This document shows positions 54,292-64,000 of a DNA stretch of 64,000 nt, piece by piece; the stretch's first letter is position 1, and each line of letters starts with the position of its first letter. The stretch is from Haliotis rufescens (lineage: Eukaryota). Made by a program: the position numbers and the translations under genes. The notes below the pieces were generated by a model. The model had not been told where the DNA came from, searched no databases, and saw only the letters and a list, made by a program, of their open reading frames with translations. The stretch covers positions 496,001 to 560,000 of the forward strand of contig NW_025964369.1 of the NCBI RefSeq assembly GCF_023055435.1, in the 5' to 3' direction.

Positions 54292-54865
54292 AGTTCTTGC
54301 ATTAGGACTCGGATACGGAGGACTTAGAGGACTACGATACTGAGGACTTCGTTACGGAGGATTTGGAAAAGGAGATCTTGGATAAGGAGGACTTGGTAAC
54401 TAAGGACATGGAGGATTTGAGGACTGGGATACGGAGTACTTGGACACGAAGTACTTGGATACGGAGAATTCGGAGGACTGGGATACGGAGTACTTTGATA
54501 CGGAGTACTTGGATACTAAGTATTCGGAGGACTGGGATACAGAGTATTTGGAGGACTGGGTTACAGAGGAATTGGACAACTTGAAGGACTTTGATAGGGA
54601 AGTTCCGGAAACGGAGAAATCGCATACGGAGGACTTTGAGGACTTGGATACGATGACTCGAATTTCAGGGGTGTCAGGACTCGGTTGAGGACTCGGTTGA
54701 GGACTTGGACACAGAGGACTTTGAAGATTGGGACGTCTTGGGGGATTCGGAGGTTTGAGAAAATACAGTAGCTGATACTATGATCGCCTTATAGATGTAT
54801 TAACTCTCTTTCAGCATGTTATCTACACTAGTGCTGGCATGTTTCACACACAAATTCAGATAGAT
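54292..54865 (+). pseudogene. Decayed paralogous Gly-rich exon (unit 6)
   Basis: Gly frame reads ALGLGYGGLRGLRY*GLRYGGFGKGDLG*GGLG... Confidence 0.8.
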
Positions 54866-54892
54866 TTGAATACATCAGATACAATGTATGTT

Positions 54893-55256
54893 CGAGGGGC
54901 GTTCAATGAGTTTTGTGGGGGCACGGGTGGCCTAGTCGTCTAGGGCGCCGCGATTCGCTGTGCAGAGTTGCGTCCCTTGGGCACGCCAGAAACCTATGAT
55001 TGTGGGTTCGAATCCCGGTTCGCCCCAATTATTTTTCTAGGTTTGTCAGCACCATACCCGTGCTCGTTGGTTTCACCAAAGTGGTTAACGTCTTAGACCT
55101 GCATCACTTCGGGTTTTCCTCCCACACTAAGCTGACACGCCGTGATATAACTGGAATAATGTTAAAAGCGGCGTTAAACCCAACTCACTCACTCAATAAG
55201 TTTTGCAACTTGGGCATTTGTGTTTACACAAACAATATCAACTTGTGGGAGGTGTG
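54893..55256 (+). mobile_element. Mariner left end only (with nested SINE), unit 6
   Basis: As unit 3. Confidence 0.8.
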
Positions 55257-56272
55257 NNNNNNNNNNNNNNNNNNNNNNNNNNNNNNNNNNNNNNNNNNNN
55301 NNNNNNNNNNNNNNNNNNNNNNNNNNNNNNNNNNNNNNNNNNNNNNNNNNNNNNNNNNNNNNNNNNNNNNNNNNNNNNNNNNNNNNNNNNNNNNNNNNNN
55401 NNNNNNNNNNNNNNNNNNNNNNNNNNNNNNNNNNNNNNNNNNNNNNNNNNNNNNNNNNNNNNNNNNNNNNNNNNNNNNNNNNNNNNNNNNNNNNNNNNNN
55501 NNNNNNNNNNNNNNNNNNNNNNGATGACACCAGTTGAACAGCTCAAATGATGATAACAATTACTCGGTATTCACAAGCATGACAACTGCTCTACCGTAGT
55601 CACAACGGCAAGTGCACGGGTTCAGATATCATCGGGTCGTTAACGGGAAAAGGGTCAGTGTAAGGACGGGTGCTGCTGGCGAGTACCCGGAGTGTGGTTC
55701 CTTATACAGGCGGGAACCGAGCAATACAAACAATTTATGGTTCCAATACAGTTCCCAGATATATTGTCTTACCCTTAATCAGTAAACACTGATCATGAAC
55801 CCGGAGATGAGCGTCATATATATAAGTGTCGGCATGACGTGAAGCAGAATATTATCAGTATATTAAATCTTCAAACTATCAGATTTTAGCAGATTGCGGG
55901 TATTTTTAATGTCATCGTCATTGGCGTTTGTCGCGTGGGCCTGAGACCCAATGCCGCGAGCACTGAGCTTTTGGAAATGTGCGTAATAAAATACAACTGA
56001 CTCGGCAACCAGAGGGTTAACTGGCTTCATTTTGGTACATGTTGATACCTGGTAACCACAGCTCATATGTCCTCGTTAACCTTAAAGCCCTAAGGCTTCG
56101 CTACACGCGCCAAAATATGCAAGTTGACAAGTTCCCTTTGGGCCATCAGTTGAAACACTTCCCTCCCCAGTGGCAAATCATTTAGTTTATAGTGAGAGTG
56201 AGAGAGTTTAGCTCCTGTGCATCATGTTATATATCTATGAATGTCTTGTACATAAAACGTCTTCATCATGCT

Positions 56273-57446
56273 AAAAAGAACATTCAGTAAAAGAACATTT
56301 CAATACACAAACACTTTCAATGTAATACAATATTTCAACACACAAACGCGATCAAAGTATAACAACATTTCAGCACACAAACGTGTTAAAATCAAAACAA
56401 GATTTCAATACATCAACAAATCAATTAAACCAAAATTTCAACACACACAGACCTTCAAAGTAAAATAAATGTCAACACGCGTTCAAAGTGTAAAAAAAGG
56501 TTCAGCACACAAACACATTAAGGTAAAACATTTCAAGGCACAAACATGTTCAAAGTACAAAAACCTTTCAACACACAAACACGTTCAATGTCATACAATA
56601 TTTCAAGCACGAAAAGGCGTCAAAGTAAAACATGTCAACACAAAAAAACGATTTCAAAATACAAGGATTTAACACACACAGACGTTCAAAGTAAATTTAC
56701 ATTTCAATCCTAAAACACGTTCAACGTAAAACAGTTCAGCACACAAACACATTAAAAGTAAAACAACATTTCAACATATAAACATGTTCAAAGTGCAAAT
56801 CATTTCAACACACAAACACGTTCAATGTCATACAATAGTTCAAGCACAAAAAGGTGTCAAAGTAAAACATGTCAACACACAAACGCTTTCAAAATACAAG
56901 AATTTAACACACACAGACGTTCAGAAGTAAAGCTACATTTCAAACACGTTCAACGTAAAACAGTTCAGCACACAAACACATTAAAAGTAAAACAACATTT
57001 AAAGACACGAATACGTTCAAAGCAAAACAACATTTCAACACACAAACACGTTCAAAGTAAAAGAACATTTTAAGACACAAACACGTTCAGAGGAAACCAA
57101 CCATTCAATACACAAGCACTTTCAAAGAAGAACAACATTTCAATACACAAAAACGTTCAAAGTAAAACAACATTTCAATACACAAACACGTTCAAAGTAA
57201 AACAATATTTCAATGAACAAACACGTTCAAAGTAAAACAACAATTCAATACACAAACACTTTCAAAGAAGAACAACATTTCAATACACAAACACATTCAA
57301 TGTAAAACATTTCAACACACAAACACGTTCAAAGTAAAACATCATTTCAACACACACAGACATTCAAAGTAAAAGATCATTTCAACACACAAACACGTTC
57401 AATGTAACGTAATATTTCAATCACAAATACGTTCAAAGTAATCCAA
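56273..57446. repeat. 35-bp minisatellite, unit 7
   Basis: Allele like unit 3. Confidence 0.9.
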
Positions 57447-60345
57447 CAGTAAAAGAAATGGTCGAACCCTTTCCAATAAGTTTCTTTTAAATTGAAAGCA
57501 AGATCAGGATTTTTATGAATGTTTATTATTTCTTCTCGTCGATATATTGCGGAATTGTACAGAAGCCGTAAATATTATCAGATTCACTCACTGGTCAATC
57601 ACATCCCCACTTCCCCATTGCCTGCGATAGGATCTAAATAGTTAATTGAATAATAGGTCAGCTGAAGCAACTCCACGTAGCAATTATTGCTTGATTAATT
57701 AATTGAAGGAGATTATATTTTAACCTTTATAGTTAGAAAACTTGTTTGGAAACTATATAAAACCGACAGTGTGTCACTAATTTTGATAGATAATGTTACA
57801 TACTTGCATGGTCAAGTATGACGTTGGTTTGACCGCCAAGATCGATTAGGTGTGTATGATAAATGTTGCCTTAGGTTAGGAAGAATGACGAAAGGTGTGC
57901 TCCAGGAAATTAGAAAACAGGAGTGGTTTTACACCCTGCATGGTGACATGCATGTCACGTGATAACTGCACGTGTATATATTACCCTGGCAGAGTTGTAT
58001 CTTTCCACTTCGATATCAAGTCATTCTTCGTCGACCCATCTACAGTCGTAGGTAAGTGAGTGTCCTAACATTCTGACATGTCATTTGCTTATTCATTTGC
58101 ACTTTTTTCTTTTAGTTCCTTTCCATTCCCGACATGGGTACAATGTATGAAGCTCATTTCTGGTGTTCCCCGCCGTGATATTGCTGGAATATTGCTACAA
58201 GCGGCTTCAAACCATACTCACTCACTCTTTTAGTTCTCAAAAACACAACGTGATTGTGAGTGAAACCATGCTTATGCTAATTTTGCTTTATGCTAGCTGG
58301 ATTTGATATTAATTTAAAGGTTTAAGACAGAGTATGCATTAACTGTAATGATCATATTGAAGATTTAATACATGTTTTATTCCAATGTCCACTATACGAT
58401 GATCTAAGATCTACATTATTTACAAGTATAACGTGACTGTAATACTATTAAAAGCGGTGTTAAACCCAACTCACTCACTCACTCACTCAGTCACTCACTA
58501 CAAGTATAACGGCTAAAATGTCCAACTCTGTAAACGGGTCAAACAATGAGACATGGTTTAAACATGAGGTATATGTCACTGCCAACACCTGCTTTTTAAT
58601 TTTACAACGCAAAAAGCTGTTTCTATATGGGTATCTGTATAAATCATCCTGTTTTGTCTATCGTCTCTCATAACTTTGTATGAATGGTATGTATTATTAT
58701 TTGTATGTATAAACGTCTAATTTATGCATGTTATTTTATGATGAACAGCAGTGAGACGAATACAAGATATATGTGTGTCTGTCTGCGTTCAAGTCGCGTT
58801 GAACACAACTCAGCCACTCATGATCTCTCTACAGTAAAGTACGGTTATAACGAACTCAAATTTACTACTAATTTTAGTTCGTTATAACCGTAGTTCGTTA
58901 TAAGCATATATACAACATAACTACAACAAATAGTCGGGACCAAAAAAGTAAGTTCGTTATATCCGTCAGTTCGTTATAAGCGTGTTCGTTATAACCGTAG
59001 TGTACTCTATTTTAATTGACTTTGAATGAAGATGCTGGCGTGATAGCGCACTGGTTAACGTAAACCCATCGTTTGATTGCCTGTGGTTTATTACATTCTA
59101 ATTTGATTTCATTCACAGGGTTTTAAGAACAAGACTGAGAGACGTTTGTATAATAGATAACAATGTTTTATCAGAAATACGGATGTATTCACTTGCCATG
59201 CTGGACTGTGCCAAGGGTGTTTTCTGGATCTGTTTCTATTCTACCTTATTCATAAATGAACTTATATCACAAATCAAGCGAAACTGTAATAGATGCGTTC
59301 AGTTTTATCTTAAACTATTTAGATATTCATATTCTATGCATTGGTGATATTATCCTATTTACAATTTTAAACGTCAACAACAGAGAATAACCAACCTCGA
59401 TAATCTGGCGAAACAGATTCCATATGGCGTAAAAGGCAGAATGGTCATGCTAGTAGAGCATTAACCCAAGAAATCAAGATATTAGGTTGAAAGTTAGAAA
59501 ATTGTTTCGATAATGTAAAACCTGGAAACGTAAATTCTGGCTACCTAACACACCGGAACGGTTCACCACTACTTGTATGTGCTAAAATGTAGTTTAGGTT
59601 TTGCCAAATCTTGCAAAATATAAACAAAAGTAACAAAAAATATTAAGGGTCACGCAAATTTTGTAGGACACATAAAGGTTTAAAATTATATACAATAACA
59701 ACATTAACAAAAAAATATTCTTAAAATCTTCGAGGCCGCTGTTGGAAGCGAAAGAATACACGCTGGTCAAGTAACAAAAATGGCGATTTGCAAAACGAAC
59801 ATTCTCTATTGACGAGTTAAAAGGAGAAATTTCGAGTTTATAACAAAATATTTTCAAGAGAATAATAAAAGACACGAAGCCGTATTGACTCCATAAATGA
59901 CCATCTGTCATTATTTGGCCTTGTCAATATGGAACTAACGTTAAAAGGAAGTTAACACGAGCTAGACACTTACGATAAAGGGAGACAATTTGAGGGGAGG
60001 TCACTCTTGTATGACATCAGTTCGTCAAAGTGTTATACATAATTATCTTCACTGCATTGAAATATCAATTGTTATGTTCGTTGAAGTTAAAATATCCCTT
60101 TTCTCAACTTCGGAAAACTCAGTCTAATATATAAACAAAATATATATATTCGGTTTGATATAGCCACAGTAATTCCAATTCCCGAGATAGATTCTCAACC
60201 GAACAGAATATGTAAAGTTCTACGTGTGCTTCATGAAAACGGAATGTATTTACAATTTACGTAAATGTCAGAATCTTATGAATTAGCACGCTTTTTTAAT
60301 TAGTTAATATCAATGATACCAATTATTTTCCAGCAAGCCAGCACC

Positions 60346-61035
60346 ATGAACTCCGTCATTGTCTTGGTAGCATGCCTGGTGGCGGCCGCTGTCGCCGAGC
60401 CTATTGGCTACGGTAAGGGTCTTTACGGTGGATTCGGAGGATTAGGAGGAGGATTGGGATATGGTGGACTTGGAGGATACGGATTAGGCCTCGGACTTGG
60501 AGGACTTGGAGGATACGGAGGACTTGGATACGGAGGACTTGGAGGATTCGGAGGACTTGGAGGATACGGAGGACTAGGATACGGAGGACTTGGAGGATTC
60601 GGAGGACTTGGAGGATACGGAGGACTTGGATACGGAGGTCTTGGATACGGAGGACTCGGAGGGTTTGGAGGAATCGGAGGTTTTGGAAAATATGGTAGGT
60701 GGTACTTTAGTCGCCTTGATGAATTTACTGAATTTCCAAATTATGCTTACACTGTACATGTACCAGTATGTCTTACACCACAATGCAGATACATCTTCAT
60801 GGCCACTTCAGATGACTACAATATAACTGTTACATGGAGTATATTCTGTCTAAACAATCCAATTGATCGCACAGAAAAGATTATATTTTAACATGTAAGT
60901 CAGGTTATTCTCCCTTTGAACGTTGCTGCTCCAGACGTGGCCCAACAGATCGTCTGTCAGAGTTGCAGGTGCAGACACAATAGCTGATTGACAAATATTT
61001 TACCAATCTTTCTTTTCTTTTCAGGACATTATTAA
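60346..61035 (+). CDS. Secreted glycine-rich protein, copy 7 (terminal copy), 119 aa; join(60346..60694,61025..61035)
   Basis: Same structure, intact frame and splice sites. Confidence 0.9.
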
Positions 61036-62498
61036 TCTAACAACCTGACGATGTTAATAAAGACGATGAACGTGCACCACCAGACACGTTTGTATATATA
61101 GCCTTCTGAATGTATGAACTGTGATGCATCGACCTTGAATAAAGCTCTCATGCAACATGAAACCTTCCAGTTCTTCCTTAAAACTTCCATTACCTACAAT
61201 AAGGTGCAGAGAGGTTCCAAGAATTATATGTTTGTTTGTGTGGGTGCTGTGTAGTGCCGGACTCGGCAATGTTCCTGCTATATGACGGCAAACTTGTAAC
61301 CAATTGAGTCTGGACCAGACAATGCAGTGGCCGATAGTACGAGAAACGATCCACGTCACCGAGGTACGGAGACTCGCTATCTACCATTTGCAAGTCTTCC
61401 TACCGGACGATCTAGTCCATTTAGTCGACTCGCTGGACCAACTAAGGTTTCTGCAAACATGAAAACACAACGGGAATCCAAGCGTTACGGCCGTTATTAT
61501 ACATGATACCATTCTTATTGAAACGTTGATATCAGGGTAATCATAATCATAATCATCATATCAGATATTGTTAACATTATATAGAACACGGGCTAACGTG
61601 AGTCACAAGAATGATAAAACCAGATGGAAGTACAGAATAGTATTTTAACTGACAAGTATCACGGCATATTGGAGGCATATTGGACCCCATAGGAGCATTT
61701 TAAGTTGGTGGGTGGTGTAAGGAGCTTATGTTTCTTTGATGCTTACAACAAACGTTATCTAGGTGTGTTCCGTAGCCTCTTGTCAAAGCTTAACAATACA
61801 TAACTTCTATCGTATCAACATTATAATATTACAAAAGAAAATAATCCTTTGCCTGATGACGGTAGGAATGGGGTGCTGGGTGGTGGGGTGGTATAAGGGG
61901 CTTATGTTTCCTTGATGCTTACAACAAACGTTATCGTGGTGTGTTCCGTAGCCTCTTGTCAAAGCTTAACAATACATGACCACTATCATCATTATAATAT
62001 TAAAATAATTGGAATTTAAAAAGAAAACTGCAATAGAAAAGAATCTTTTACATTCTCATTCCAAACACATTTGACCCACTGACCGTCTCTCATCTCCCTG
62101 CTCATCACATGTAGGGGTAGTCTAGTGGTAGCTCGTGTTGCCGAAGGCCAACACATGGCTAAAATATGGGAATCACATTCCTAGTGGTACCCGTCGTCAT
62201 ATTGCTGGAATATTGCTGAAAGCGGCGTAAAACCATACTCAATTACGCATCACTGGTTCATGGGTTAACAATAACACATATTATTGTTGGTGTGTCAAAG
62301 GAACAAGACACCGGAAAGTGATCAGAATTGGAATTTCCACCAGTGACGATCTTTGAGATCACCTATCACTCAATTATCACTCGACGGAAATACAGCCAAC
62401 CTCGGTCAGTAGCAAAGAAGCGGAGTGAGCAAACAGAGGCGCCGTAAAATACCTTGTGAAGTCTCAGGTGGGGTCCAAAGGAGCACTTCAATGAATGA

Positions 62499-62848
62499 GA
62501 GGCGAGGTGAGGTGAAACTGGATCAACGCGTTCCAAGAGTATTGTCCTTCTATAGAAACGTGAATGCACGTGTGTGCCTGTACTATTCCCTACGAAAGCC
62601 GGTTGTATAGTGCTAGCCAAGTTAGAAAGCCATGCCGCTAGTTTAACATTGACACCCCACTCAAATATAGTATACTGAATCCGAGCCGACCAGTCCTTGT
62701 TTTAGCCCCTCAATTTCGAACACTCAGCGTAACAACAAGTGCCATAATTCTGTTAACGTCTTTTGGTATGGCGCGGCGGCTGGGAATCGAACCAGCGACG
62801 TTCTACTCTCCAGGCAGGTGATCTATCCACTAGGCCACGGAGGTGGTA
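62499..62848 (-). mobile_element. Diverged full-length SINE of the same Meta-like family
   Basis: Reverse complement: accacctccgtggcctagtgg...ggttcgattccc...cataccaaaagacgttaa...ttcacctcacctcgcc. Confidence 0.8.
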
Positions 62849-63207
62849 CAATAATTAGAAAATGCAATTTAATATGTTCTGAAAAAAGTACTTTATTTAC
62901 GTGATAACCCAACGCGTAGACGTCTGTGACCTCATACATTGTGCCGCAAAGGGACAGTGATCATGATCAGGAAGAGTGTCCTTTGTCCCGATAACATTTT
63001 AAATTTTCAAGGTGTTGAACAACCGTATCCCATTTCCCTCGACCCCTTTAAGGCATTTATAAACGCAACAACAACGGTGAATAACTGCAGTGATTGTATG
63101 GAATTTCCAGACTGAACAATCATTGCAATCAACCCTGAAAATTTCAATTGAAGTCACGCCTCAAATTGTCTTTCTCTTTCAAACTGTTGCCCATTTCCGT
63201 CCGTCAA

Positions 63208-63369
63208 GGTGGATGGGGTAGCCTTTTGGTCAAAGCGTTCGCTCGTCAGACCAAAGGCCCAGGTTCGATTATCACATGGGAACAATGTGTGAAGCCCATT
63301 TCTGGTGACCCCCCGCCGAGATATTGCTGGAGTATTGCTAAAAGCGGCGTAAAAGCATACTCACCTACT
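63208..63369 (+). mobile_element. tRNA-derived SINE (family of the 1954-2060 fragment)
   Basis: A box ggggtagccttttgg, B box ggttcgatt, body acatggg..aatgtgtgaagcccatttctggtg, tail gctaaaagcggcgtaaaagcatactcac. Confidence 0.8.
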
Positions 63370-63483
63370 ATCCGTATAACTGTTGTTATATATAGATATT
63401 TTCACTATAAAATGTAAAGCATTGCGGAATTTCGATAAGAAAGTGTTTTGGTTGAGAGCGGCGTTTTTCACACCTTACACCCA

Positions 63484-63636
63484 GGCACGGGTGGCCCAGT
63501 CATCTAAGGCGCCGCAATTCGCTGTGCATAGTTGTGTCCCTTTGGCACTACAGAAACCGATTATCGTTGGTTCGAATACGGGTTCGCCCGGATTATGTTT
63601 CTAGGTTTGTCACAAACATGTACTCGGTGGTTTCAC
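63484..63636 (+). mobile_element. 5' half of the 7307-type SINE, running into a CA-rich repeat
   Basis: ggcacgggtggcccagtcatctaaggcgcc...ggttcgaatacgggttcgcc...tctaggtttgtca. Confidence 0.8.
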
Positions 63637-64000
63637 ACACAGACACACACATACACACACAAAGAAACACACACACAAAGAAACACACACACACAAAAAA
63701 ACAGACACACACAAAGAAACAGACACACACAGAGAAACACACACAGACACAAAGAAACACACACAGACACAAAGAAACACACACAGACAAAGAAACACAC
63801 ACAGACACAAAGAAACACACACAGACACAAAGAAACACACAGACACAAAGAAACACACACAGACAAAGAAACACACACAGACAAAGAAACACACACACAC
63901 ACAGAAACACACGCAGACACAAAGAAACACACACAGACACAAAGAAACACACACAGACACAAATAAACACGCACAGACAAAGGGACACACACAGACACAA
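63636..64000. repeat. CA-rich ~22-bp minisatellite (acacacagacacaaagaaacac)
   Basis: Direct reading; it explains the Cys/Val-rich and His/Thr-rich spurious ORFs. Confidence 0.92.

Larger units (their letters stand above)
1..62330 (+). repeat. Tandem segmental array of seven 8.7-10.1 kb gene-containing units (left end outside window)
   Basis: The same order of elements recurs; gene ATGs at 3526, 12606, 22505, 31243, 40636, 50711, 60346 (spacings 9080, 9899, 8738, 9393, 10075, 9635). Similarity to the unit ends at about 62330. Confidence 0.95.

Noticed and set aside
63532-64000. Cys/Val-rich and His/Thr-rich ORFs
   Set aside because: Translations of a CA-rich minisatellite.

Overview
AT-rich animal genomic DNA, probably a gastropod mollusc; the SINEs with (ACTC)n tails suggest abalone, but this is inference. 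Positions 1 to ~62,330 are a head-to-tail array of seven 8.7-10.1 kb units, and the array's right edge lies inside the window. Each unit carries one intact, spliced, + strand gene for a small secreted Gly/Leu/Tyr/Phe-rich protein of 119-125 aa (signal peptide MNSVIVLVACLVAAAVA, GGL/GGY/GGF repeats, C-terminus GKYGHY completed by an 11-nt coding exon). The ORF track does not model this gene correctly. Passengers co-amplified in most units are a 35-bp minisatellite, a pogo-like MITE, several SINEs with clear target-site duplications (TSDs), a split 61-bp minisatellite with a LINE relic, a decayed paralogous Gly-rich exon, an internally deleted mariner with a SINE in its left TIR, and an N-run at a fixed position. 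Units fall into A and B types with a partial three-unit higher-order pattern and mosaicism. The last ~1.7 kb is non-array sequence with SINEs and a CA-rich repeat. All comparisons were made by eye; no alignments or database searches were run.
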